Assembly (NCBI GenBank): GCA_963674575.2
Contig: CAXXQT010000008.1
Coordinates: forward strand, 182,977-246,976
DNA: 64,000 bases
Source of the DNA: Thermoguttaceae bacterium
GTDB taxonomy: Bacteria > Planctomycetota > Planctomycetia > Pirellulales > Thermoguttaceae
Direction: 5' to 3'
Positions 46,637-54,286 of the stretch are shown piece by piece. Every line of letters starts with the position of its first letter. Position 1 is the first letter of the stretch. Made by a program: the position numbers and the translations under genes. Under the pieces are notes generated by a model. The model was not told where the DNA came from, searched no databases, and worked only from the letters and a program-made list of their open reading frames with translations.

Positions 46637-48727
46637 ATGAGCGACCAGGAAAAGAAACCGGCCGAGCGACTTGCCACGCAAGTCCAGTATCTCAAGGGCG
46701 TGGGGCCTCGCCGGGCCGAGATGCTCCAGCGGCTGGGCCTGCGCACCGTGGCCGACCTCCTGTTCTTCTTCCCCCGCGACTACGAGGACCACACCCAACG
46801 CCGCCAGGTTGCCGATCTGGAGGAGGGGGTGCTCCAGTCCGTTCGCGGACTGGTCGAGGAAATAGACACGCGGGATCTCGCCCCGGGCCGGAACATGGTC
46901 GGCATGCTCGTCCGCGTGGGCAACGACCACCTGCGGGCCGTCTGGTTCAACCAGCCCTTCGTGTTTTCCCAATACCGCCGAGGCCAGGAGGTGCTTGTCT
47001 CCGGCAAGCCAAAACAGCGAGGCCTCATGTGGCAGATGGTCCATCCCCGGGTGACGATCCTGGGCGAGGATGAACCCGAATCGGAAGGCGGCATCCTCCC
47101 CGTCTATCCGCTGACCGAAGGGCTCCAGCAGTGGCACGTTCGCCGCATGGTCCGGGCTGCCCTGGACGGCTACGCCGAGCTTCTCGAAGAAGCCTTCACC
47201 GAAGACTTTCTCGCCAACCACGATCTCCTGCCGCTGGCAACCGCCCTGCCGGAAATCCACTTCCCCAGCGGGGCCTCCTCGCTCGAAAGAGCTCGTCGAC
47301 GTTTCGTCTACCAGGAGTTGTTCACTCTGCAACTGGCCCTGGCCATCAAACGGCAACAGCAGCAGATGCTCCATCGGGCAGAGCCCCTGGAGACCACAAC
47401 TCGCATCGACGCCAGAATCCGGCGGCTCTTTCCGTTCGAATTGACCGCCGCCCAGGAAAAGGCTGTGGGTGAGATTGCTGCCGACATGGCGTCGACTCGT
47501 CCCATGAACCGCCTGCTCCAAGGCGACGTGGGAAGCGGCAAAACGATCGTGGCCGTCTACGCCATGCTCCTGGCCGTGGCCCACGGGGCCCAGGCCGTGC
47601 TCATGGCTCCCACGGAAATCCTCGCCCGGCAACACGCCCTCACGCTCAAGCGAATGCTGGCCGCCAGCGAGGTCCGCCTCGTGGAGCTGGTGGGCGGAAT
47701 GGCCGCCGGCCAGCGCAAGCAGGCCCTCGAAGAGATCGCCGAAGGGAAGGTCGACCTGGTGATCGGGACTCAGGCCGTCATTCAAGACGACGTTCGCTTC
47801 AAGAAGATCGGCCTGGTCGTAATTGACGAGCAGCACAAGTTCGGCGTTCGCCAACGGGCCCTGCTCCGCGAATCGGGCGGCGATCCCCACTACCTCGTCA
47901 TGACGGCCACGCCCATCCCGCGAACGGTCACCATGACGCTCTTTGGCGACCTGGAAGTCTCCACCCTGGACGGCGCCCCGCCCGGACGACAGAAGGTGAA
48001 CACCTATCTCCCCACGGAAGAGGAACGCCAACGCTGGTGGGAGTTCTTCGGCAAGAAGCTCGTCGAGGGACGCCAGGGCTACGTCGTCACGCCCCTGGTC
48101 GACGAATCGGAAACCATTGCCGCCAAGAGCCTGGAAGAAAGCTACGAGGCCCTGGCCAACGGTCCCCTGGAGGCCTTCCGCTTGGGGCTCGTGCACGGTC
48201 GCATGAAGCCCGAAGAAAAAGATTCCATTATGGCCGAGTTCCGCTCGGGCGAAATCCAGGTGCTCGTTTCCACCTCGGTCGTCGAGGTCGGCGTCGACGT
48301 GCCGAACGCCACGCTGATGACGATCGAGAGCGGGCAGCGTTTCGGGCTGGCCCAGTTGCACCAACTCCGCGGCCGGATCAGCCGGGGCAAGTTCCCCGGC
48401 TACTGCGCCGTGTTTGCCGACGATCCGAGCGAAGAAGCCGCCGCTCGCTTGAAGGCCTTGTCTTCGACGACCGACGGGTTCAAGTTGGCCGAGGTCGATT
48501 TCTCGCTCCGGGGCCCCGGGGAATTGTTCGGCACTCGCCAGCACGGCCTGCCGCCCTTCCGCATTGCCGACCTGCAGCGCGACGCAGCCATTGTCGAAGA
48601 AGCCCGTCGCGACGCCCAGCAAATGGTCGACGCCGATCCCGGCCTGGCTTCACCGACCCATGCCCGCCTCCGCCACATGATGCTGGTTCGCTACGGGAAA
48701 GCCCTGGAGTTGGGCGACGTGGGGTAG
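46637..48727 (+). CDS. recG: ATP-dependent DNA helicase RecG
   Basis: N-terminal wedge region, Walker A GDVGSGKTIVA, DEQH box VVIDEQHKFGV, LVMTATPIPRT, and C-terminal HQLRGRISRG. Confidence 0.95.
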   Translation: MSDQEKKPAERLATQVQYLKGVGPRRAEMLQRLGLRTVADLLFFFPRDYEDHTQRRQVADLEEGVLQSVRGLVEEIDTRDLAPGRNMVGMLVRVGNDHLRAVWFNQPFVFSQYRRGQEVLVSGKPKQRGLMWQMVHPRVTILGEDEPESEGGILPVYPLTEGLQQWHVRRMVRAALDGYAELLEEAFTEDFLANHDLLPLATALPEIHFPSGASSLERARRRFVYQELFTLQLALAIKRQQQQMLHRAEPLETTTRIDARIRRLFPFELTAAQEKAVGEIAADMASTRPMNRLLQGDVGSGKTIVAVYAMLLAVAHGAQAVLMAPTEILARQHALTLKRMLAASEVRLVELVGGMAAGQRKQALEEIAEGKVDLVIGTQAVIQDDVRFKKIGLVVIDEQHKFGVRQRALLRESGGDPHYLVMTATPIPRTVTMTLFGDLEVSTLDGAPPGRQKVNTYLPTEEERQRWWEFFGKKLVEGRQGYVVTPLVDESETIAAKSLEESYEALANGPLEAFRLGLVHGRMKPEEKDSIMAEFRSGEIQVLVSTSVVEVGVDVPNATLMTIESGQRFGLAQLHQLRGRISRGKFPGYCAVFADDPSEEAAARLKALSSTTDGFKLAEVDFSLRGPGELFGTRQHGLPPFRIADLQRDAAIVEEARRDAQQMVDADPGLASPTHARLRHMMLVRYGKALELGDVG

Positions 48728-49081
48728 GGGCTTCGCCGGAGCATTCTTTGGACATTCAGAAGCGTCTCGCGCGGAGACGCGGGGGCGCAGAGGATCGGGA
48801 TTGGGAACCTTGCGGGGCTGCGGGGGGGTGACGACGGGAGGTAATCAGATTGCAAAAGGACGGGGGGCCTTTGGCGATATCCCATCTTGACTGATTGCTT
48901 GGAGTAGTTCTACCCCTTTCTTGGCCACCCTGGGGTGTTCTTGGAGGTCGTCTCCACGGGGGTCTGAAACGAGGTTGAGTTTCGCAACGTATAAGGTGGG
49001 GTGTTGCACAATCAGTTGGGAAGGGAGCGATGGCATAAACGTTTACCAGAACGTCGTTTGCGTCAATGCCTTCGGCAGCAA

Positions 49082-49108
49082 GTGCCCCCCCCTCGCCTGG
49101 GGGGGCAC
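49082..49108. other. Strong GC hairpin in the recG-distal noncoding gap
   Basis: The 10-bp stem gtgccccccc / gggggggcac has loop ctcgcct. No U-run follows on either strand. Confidence 0.4.
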
Positions 49109-49251
49109 GCTGCAAAACTCCGTCGGATGCGAGGGGCTGGGGTAGGTTACCGCTCGCCGCACGGGACCCGGAGTGGATGATCGCGGGAGGCCTCTTGTGG
49201 TAGAGCTACCCAGGTTGCGAAAACCTGGACCGCCCGCGCGTCCAATGCCCA

Positions 49252-49296
49252 GAGCTGACCCTCACTCCTCGAGTTGACCCTCACTCCTCACTCCTC
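49252..49296. repeat. Tandem 19-nt duplication (gagYtgaccctcactcctc x2 plus a partial actcctc)
   Basis: 49252-49270 and 49271-49289 differ at one base, followed by 49290-49296. Confidence 0.7.
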
Positions 49297-49483
49297 GTCG
49301 CAGAAAAACGTCTGCTGCTGACGGTTCCCACGCCGGGTTATGTGATGCGGCAGCCCCGGAATGACTACTCTTGCTAAACGAGTCGTGGCGGCGACTCCAA
49401 TGCCGCGTGTCTAGTGTACCAAAATCGGTCTCTGCCCCTGGATTCCTTTTTCGTCTTCTTTCGTCTGCGGTGATTCGGAAGTG

Positions 49484-50539
49484 TCACGCGAGCCGTCTTA
49501 CCGTGGCTGGTTCGACATGCCCGGCATAACGGTCACTCCGGTCCGTCTCGTACTGGTAAACATGCCCCCAACAACCTGTAGGGCAAATGATCTTACTCGA
49601 AATCTTACCTAGGGTAACCTGATGCGACTCGCCGACAAAATCAGGCCCAGCAAAGAACCGCATGTTCACAACGACCTCCTTGTCCACTTCGTGAACTGCT
49701 AGGATGTGGCACCAGTGTCCGGGTGTCGTGGATTGCCCGGGACTGGTTTCTCCAAAAGGCATCGCGAACCTGGGGCCGGGTTGATCGAAGAACGACTCGT
49801 GTTCACCTCCTCTCTTAAGGAAGTTGCGAAGTGAACGAAACTCAGGCTCGCTGCCTTGATAGCCACGCCGGTTGTGGGTGAGATAATAGTGAAATGCGAT
49901 CTTCGCAATACCGCGGAATGCGTCCGTTGAGAACGTGAAGATAATGCGGCCTGGCATCTGCCTAGTACCAGGTTCAGTGACTGGTCGATCTTCCCACTTG
50001 AATCCGGGAAACACTTCTTCCAAAAGACCCTTGAAGATCGCGACGTTGTGCTCGGCGCATGAGCAAAATACCCGCGTCCATTTCTTGCTCCCGATTCGCT
50101 GCACATCTGACTGCAGCCGATTGGCGGTCATTCCAGGATACAAGCGGACAAAGTAGTCGCTGCCGTCTTCGTCACGAATGGTAATTCCATCGACCGGATG
50201 TACTGATTGTCCGTTGGCCAGTGGTTCGACCAATTCGCTGTGGTCACCCGTCCGAGCAGTGTAAATCGGTGGCTTACTGCCTTTTGCGCCCCGTTGTCGC
50301 CGTCCTGATCGTTGGCCGCGCCCAGTAACATTCACCCGTTGCCTCAACAACCCAAGTGGAGTTGCCTGGGCCAGAATCTGCTCGTACACGCTGAAAGAGT
50401 TGTTGCACTTGGAGCAGCAGCCGCGAAAACGCACATCCCCATAGAACTCGCCAAACAAAGCTCCGGGCAAAATGTGGTCGCCTTTACCGCGACCTGGATT
50501 AAAGAACCGACCACAGTAGATGCACTTTGTTGCTCTCAT
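49484..50539 (-). CDS. HNH endonuclease-domain protein (N-terminal HNH, ~280-aa uncharacterised C-terminal domain)
   Basis: MRATKCIYCGRFFNPGRGKGDHILPGALFGEFYGDVRFRGCCSKCNNSF is a CxxC...DH...CCxxCN beta-beta-alpha-Me finger. I recognise no motif in the rest. It lies in the lower-GC region. Confidence 0.75.
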   Translation of the reverse strand: MRATKCIYCGRFFNPGRGKGDHILPGALFGEFYGDVRFRGCCSKCNNSFSVYEQILAQATPLGLLRQRVNVTGRGQRSGRRQRGAKGSKPPIYTARTGDHSELVEPLANGQSVHPVDGITIRDEDGSDYFVRLYPGMTANRLQSDVQRIGSKKWTRVFCSCAEHNVAIFKGLLEEVFPGFKWEDRPVTEPGTRQMPGRIIFTFSTDAFRGIAKIAFHYYLTHNRRGYQGSEPEFRSLRNFLKRGGEHESFFDQPGPRFAMPFGETSPGQSTTPGHWCHILAVHEVDKEVVVNMRFFAGPDFVGESHQVTLGKISSKIICPTGCWGHVYQYETDRSDRYAGHVEPATVRRLA

Positions 50540-50769
50540 CAGAGAATTGTACCCGACTCCGTGTCAGATGCTCGTGCAATTCACTGCCTTGCTCGGCCGT
50601 CAATTGCTCAGGCTGCAATCCTACGAACTGTGGATGTGTGGATGCGGGCGAATCAACGGCTCCTGAAACCTCTTTCCGTCGCCCGGCTCATCATTATGCT
50701 TAACCCGTTTCCGATGGGGCTGCGTCTCGGGCATCAAAGACGCTCCTGGATGAGACACACTTACACCGT

Positions 50770-50912
50770 CACTTCACCCCAAGACGCACTGGCGGGTCGC
50801 CAGTGCCACCATCGTCTTTGAAGTGGCACGTTTTCGGTGCAAGCAGATGGGGCGTCTGCCGACGGTTTAGCGGGTAGTGTACTCACTCCGGTCGGACGGT
50901 GCCACCCGGGCG
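50770..50912 (-). repeat. Repeat family C, copy C4 (diverged, opposite orientation)
   Basis: It contains cactggcgggtcgccagtgccacc and gaagtggcacgttttcggtgcaagcagatgg. These are the reverse-complement counterparts of the C1-C3 hairpin and core. Confidence 0.6.
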
Positions 50913-50922
50913 CAGCTACTTG

Positions 50923-51573
50923 TCATCTCCAGGTGCTTGGTCGAGACAGTCGATATCCATTTGGCTTCGTTACGGGATCTGGCAGTTGCGACAGTCGAAG
51001 ATGTTGTTCGTTGATCCAGAAATGTCCGTGAGCGACGGCCTTCAACTCGCCAGATTGTCTATTCGGGGGAAAGGCAATGAGGACCTGTTTCGCCGGTTGA
51101 TGCTGCTTGACCATTTTGATTGGCGGCACCAGGTCGCTATCGCCAGAAACCAGATACGCCACGTCAAATTCGTCCGTAAACGCATCGACCAGCATGTGCG
51201 ACGCGATGTTTACATCGGTCTTCTTTTCTTCGGGAATCGTTGCGACATGAGCACATCGACGGCACTGCCGTTCCTTCAGCAAATACCGTCCTCGAATAAT
51301 GTCGAGCTTCGTCGTATGCGTTGCGAGTGCGTCAAGGAACGTCTGTTGGCGTCGGTGTTTGTCGGTCCCCCCCTTGATATCAGCAGTGAAGTACTTGGCA
51401 CGCACAAGCACACAGTTGGCACGGAGGAGTCTCTGGCTAAGCTGCTCGATGTCCAGCCAGTAATACCGTTTGTAGCCGCCACTCTTCAGCCCGTAGTAGA
51501 GATTGAATCCGTCGACATAAACTATTGCCCTGAACTGGCTTGCTGATTGAGCATTGGTATCAGTCGGTGACAT
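50923..51573 (-). CDS. NYN-domain (LabA/DUF88-like, PIN-fold) ribonuclease-family protein
   Basis: AIVYVDGFNLYYG...YWLDIEQL...KYFTADIKG...TFLDAL...EEKKTDVNIASHMLVDAF...DVAYLVSGDSDLVPPIKMV. The track start 51597 is TTG, so the ATG at 51573 with GAGG upstream is used. Confidence 0.8.
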   Translation of the reverse strand: MSPTDTNAQSASQFRAIVYVDGFNLYYGLKSGGYKRYYWLDIEQLSQRLLRANCVLVRAKYFTADIKGGTDKHRRQQTFLDALATHTTKLDIIRGRYLLKERQCRRCAHVATIPEEKKTDVNIASHMLVDAFTDEFDVAYLVSGDSDLVPPIKMVKQHQPAKQVLIAFPPNRQSGELKAVAHGHFWINEQHLRLSQLPDPVTKPNGYRLSRPSTWR

Positions 51574-51604
51574 TTCTGCCTCGCGAGAGGTGGACAAAAG
51601 TCGC

Positions 51605-51633
51605 TTGACATATTGAATTTCCGGTGATAGTAT
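51605..51633 (+). promoter_or_regulatory. Candidate sigma70-type promoter (TTGACA-N17-TAGTAT) divergent from the NYN gene
   Basis: TTGACA is at 51605-51610, the spacer is exactly 17 nt, and TAGTAT is at 51628-51633. The surroundings are AT-rich. Confidence 0.35.
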
Positions 51634-51639
51634 TCCGAT

Positions 51640-51706
51640 ATATAAAGTAACCCCACCGGGGATCGCATCCTCGGTTCAACGCCAGCCGCTAACGCTGGCG
51701 TTTTTT
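51640..51706 (+). ncRNA. Candidate ~67-nt small RNA defined by promoter plus intrinsic terminator
   Basis: It lies between the predicted promoter and a canonical terminator, with no ATG-initiated ORF. An internal hairpin cccc-acc-gggg lies at 51651-51660. Confidence 0.3.
51678..51706 (+). terminator. Canonical intrinsic terminator (9-bp stem plus T6)
   Basis: The stem is aacgccagc / gctggcgtt with loop cgctaac, followed by tttttt (51701-51706). It could also serve the minus-strand hsdM relic as a weaker bidirectional terminator. Confidence 0.55.
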
Positions 51707-51742
51707 GTTCCTTTCCCTCCGACCGGACCCTCCTGCAGTCCG

Positions 51743-51897
51743 TCATCCCGTCCCCTCCCCCAGCCTCTTGACGATGTCTCTCTCGATCGCCTTGATGTCC
51801 GCCTCAATCTCACCGAGTGGACGAGGTGTCGTGTACTTGCAGAAGTGACGGTTCAGCGGGATCTCGTAACCAACCTTGGTCGCCTCCTCGTCAATCC
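51743..51897 (-). pseudogene. hsdM: 3-prime relic (about 51 codons) of a type I restriction-modification methyltransferase gene (hsdM)
   Basis: GIDEEATKVGYEIPLNRHFCKYTTPRPLGEIEADIKAIERDIVKRLGEG matches the characteristic HsdM C-terminus (GYEIpFNRhFY.Y.PPRpLeEIeaDIk.lE.eI). The upstream part is replaced by repeat C3. Confidence 0.6.
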
Positions 51898-52080
51898 CCG
51901 GGTGGATGCCACTGCCCACACCACCTGTTGACGCCGCCGTTCCTGCCGGAACGCCTTCCATTTGCTTGCACCCGGACCATTCCACTTCACATCGAATCGG
52001 TGGCACTGGCGCCTCGCTGGCGTCTTCTCATCACGCGGGTGTCATTCTATTCGTCATTCAATGGACAAACAAGCCGGACG
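51898..52080 (+). repeat. Repeat family C, copy C3
   Basis: The core is at 51922-51969 and the terminal ggacaaacaagccggacg at 52063-52080. It abuts the truncation point of the hsdM relic. Confidence 0.8.
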
Positions 52081-52281
52081 GCACTCCGTAAGTCCTGGAC
52101 AGAACGGCGTCGTCCACTTCCCCGCCGGACAGGTTGCGATCATAGCCCGGCCCTTCCCGTCGGAGGCGAAACGCCGCTTTCCCGGGCCTTTCCCGAATCG
52201 TCAGCCGCTCCAGCAGTCAGTTCCGGGCTGCGATCAGTTTCTCCTACACTCCGCTCAGCCAATGCCAGTCGCGTGGGGAGT

Positions 52282-52581
52282 TCAGGAGACGTTCTCGGCT
52301 TCCCATGTGTCGGGCGCCGCCTCGTATCGCATTTCCCGGCCGCGTTTACCCGTCCGCAAATCCACCGTCCACGCGAAGTAGACAACCACGTAGCCGAACC
52401 CGTGACAGCGGTGGCAGCCCGGATCAACTTGGTGGTGATTGTAGGTGCAATCGTAGCACCTCGTGTTGCCGCCCCGCCGCCGGACGATTCGAAGAAATGA
52501 CGTTTCACCGCACGCCTTGCAGCGTTTGTCGTGAGCGAGAACTTGCTCGCCACAGGTAGGGCAAGTTCCGATTTCTGACAT
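52282..52581 (-). CDS. Small protein (99 aa) with four CxxC pairs, DnaJ-type zinc-finger-like
   Basis: CPTCGEQ, CKACGET, CYDCTYN and CHRCHGFGY (the last fits CxxCxGxG). The ATG at 52581 is 4 nt after the stop of the upstream ORF. Confidence 0.6.
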   Translation of the reverse strand: MSEIGTCPTCGEQVLAHDKRCKACGETSFLRIVRRRGGNTRCYDCTYNHHQVDPGCHRCHGFGYVVVYFAWTVDLRTGKRGREMRYEAAPDTWEAENVS

Positions 52582-52585
52582 CCCA

Positions 52586-52924
52586 TCACCTTAGGATCAC
52601 GGGAAATACAAGGTCGCCTTTCGCTCCGCGAAAGAGCGTCCGTTCGTGGAGCGAGCGGCGCTCAGATTCTGCGCGATATTCATCGCCGGCCAACAGTGCC
52701 AAAGCAGGGAGTTGGCGATGCACATGAAAGTCCGAAAGGCCGTCGAGGTCACAGAGGCAGAAAAAGAGGTGCCAGCAACATCGAACACAATCGGACGTCG
52801 GAAACTCGGCATCCGATCGACACCAGGCATCGAAAGTGTTAGCAATCAGGGCGTTGCAGAGTTGCACCCGTTGCCGCCATCGCTCGTCTTCGTATTTTGA
52901 ACGAATTCGGTATTGAAGTGTCAT
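52586..52924 (-). CDS. Cys-rich hypothetical protein (112 aa); doubtful
   Basis: It starts with ATG and contains DCVRCCWHLFFCLCDLDG. Its last ~20 codons (ERRSLHERTLFRGAKGDL) are a translation of a REP family A unit. Confidence 0.35.
   Translation of the reverse strand: MTLQYRIRSKYEDERWRQRVQLCNALIANTFDAWCRSDAEFPTSDCVRCCWHLFFCLCDLDGLSDFHVHRQLPALALLAGDEYRAESERRSLHERTLFRGAKGDLVFPVILR
52612..52660. repeat. REP family A unit inside the island
   Basis: cgctccgcgaa at 52622-52632 and ttcgtggagcg at 52643-52653. Confidence 0.75.
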
Positions 52925-53030
52925 GCGGATTCCTGAAGCATCGAGAGGACGACACAGAATCCAGCATCAAGGTTCGCTCGCCGTCACGTTCGCAGGCGCC
53001 ACCCGGCCGACGACGATTGGTTTGCGATTG

Positions 53031-53630
53031 CTAATCCGCCTGGCTTCGCGGCTCCCGTAGATCGGCTTGTTCGGCGAGTTCTTTCAGTCGACGCTCGACG
53101 TCCTTGGCGTCAGCGACTCGAAGAAAGCCGAGTTCTTCTGAGTGGCGATCGCCGTCCGAATCGCGCCAAGCCCGTCGGGCGATGATGACGTCGCCGGACC
53201 CGTCTCGTTTTTCTTTCCGGAAAATGTCCGTCAACTGGTCGGGTGAATAGCTGCGAATGGTTGTTGACCGTCCACCGTCGAAGGTAATGGCGCGACGGTC
53301 AGTAATGACGTAAACCGTTTTTCGGGCTCGCAAATAGGCCCAGATCGGAGAAGAGAGCATACCGAACCCGATCAGAATAAACGGCAGCCCGAAAAGCGGA
53401 AAAAGGCAGAACAGTCCGGGCCCTTTCTTCATGGTCGTCATGCCGCACGCCGCAATAGCGGTCCAGAACAATGCGAACGCTGTCCAGGGAATTCCGAACA
53501 AGAAGGCCCCCGTTGCGACTGGCGTGAAGAAGATGCGTTTGGGCATACCGATCCATTCGATGTGCTCATCGCGCTCCAATTCGCGATCAACCGTGTCGTG
53601 AACCGTTTGAGGGATTGATGGATCAAACAT
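53031..53630 (-). CDS. Membrane protein with bacterial PH (bPH/DUF304, YdbS/YdbT-like) domain
   Basis: EHIEWIGMP..., two TM helices (ATGAFLFGIPWTAFALFWTAIAA and LFCLFPLFGLPFILIGFGML), then YVITDRRAITFDG...FLRVADAKDVERRLKEL. Confidence 0.7.
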   Translation of the reverse strand: MFDPSIPQTVHDTVDRELERDEHIEWIGMPKRIFFTPVATGAFLFGIPWTAFALFWTAIAACGMTTMKKGPGLFCLFPLFGLPFILIGFGMLSSPIWAYLRARKTVYVITDRRAITFDGGRSTTIRSYSPDQLTDIFRKEKRDGSGDVIIARRAWRDSDGDRHSEELGFLRVADAKDVERRLKELAEQADLREPRSQAD

Positions 53631-53752
53631 GGCTTCTCGCAGAACCTCTTATTCGATACTGATTACTTCTTGCCGGAGGGCTCGACGAACCTACGACATC
53701 AAACTAACCCGTTATGGTGGCACGGCTACCGACGCTTCCACACACAGTGTAC

Positions 53753-54286
53753 TCAGCGACTCACTCGATTTCGCTGCGAAAGAAGCCCGCAAACGTAGGC
53801 ACGCAGTGTCTCGAATTCGTTGCAGTGCTGTGCGGATGATCGCCACACCCTGGGTTCACTCTTGCCCGACTTGGGCCACATCAAATAAATCTCACCGCTA
53901 TCGTCCGGGTCGAAGGCAAACAGAGTCAGACGCTCTTCTGGCGGGTATTGATTTGGCGGGGATCCCTCCCAATAGGTTTGTGTTATCTCGATCTTCTCAC
54001 GGATGTCCTTGTCACGCCAGCATTTTCGCATGTGCCGAACGTTAAGCCAGTCAAAACCGACATCCGCATTTTGCCATTTTCCGGCATAGGCAAACCGAGC
54101 CCGGAGCATCGGTGTGGCATCGCGGTAGATATTTCGTGCCAGTGTTGGAATTCCCTTGTCTAGTTCATCGGGAGAACCGAGGCATTGTGGAAACATGTCC
54201 TCGTGCCCGTCGGAATTACGAGTCTCGTGAAGGAGCTTGAGCAACGTTGCGAATCTCTTTCCGGCGAGCGCAGACTTCTTGGGCAT
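53753..54286 (-). CDS. Hypothetical cytoplasmic protein, SUKH/SMI1-KNR4-like by C-terminal pattern
   Basis: RLTLFAFDPDDSGEIYLMWPKSGKSEPRVWRSSAQHCNEFETLRAYVCGLL. The ATG at 54286 overlaps the upstream gene by 71 nt, whereas the alternative ATG at 54196 gives no overlap. Confidence 0.55.
   Translation of the reverse strand: MPKKSALAGKRFATLLKLLHETRNSDGHEDMFPQCLGSPDELDKGIPTLARNIYRDATPMLRARFAYAGKWQNADVGFDWLNVRHMRKCWRDKDIREKIEITQTYWEGSPPNQYPPEERLTLFAFDPDDSGEIYLMWPKSGKSEPRVWRSSAQHCNEFETLRAYVCGLLSQRNRVSR

Noticed and set aside
44057-48622. A 1521-aa minus-strand ORF, the longest in the window.
   Set aside because: Only its C-terminal 802 codons (from the ATG at 46465, with signal peptide) form a plausible heparinase II/III-like protein. 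Codons upstream of 46465 run exactly antisense to recG and are a stop-free shadow frame typical of GC-rich DNA.
49185-49245. A tRNA-like fragment (…cctcttgtggtagagctacccaggttgcgaaaacctgg…) resembling a D-arm plus anticodon arm.
   Set aside because: There is no T-arm (GTTCRANYC), no acceptor pairing, and the putative anticodon loop lacks the U33 pattern. It is not a tRNA gene and is at most a decayed fragment.
49252-49296. Tandem repeats considered as a possible CRISPR or minisatellite array.
   Set aside because: There are only two and a half directly abutting 19-nt units with no spacers, and no cas genes are present. This is not a CRISPR array.
50820-50850. Sigma54-like TGGCAC...TGCA motifs inside family C copies (for example gaagTGGCACgttttcggTGCAagc).
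   Set aside because: The GG-to-GC spacing is 12 nt rather than the canonical 10 nt in every copy.
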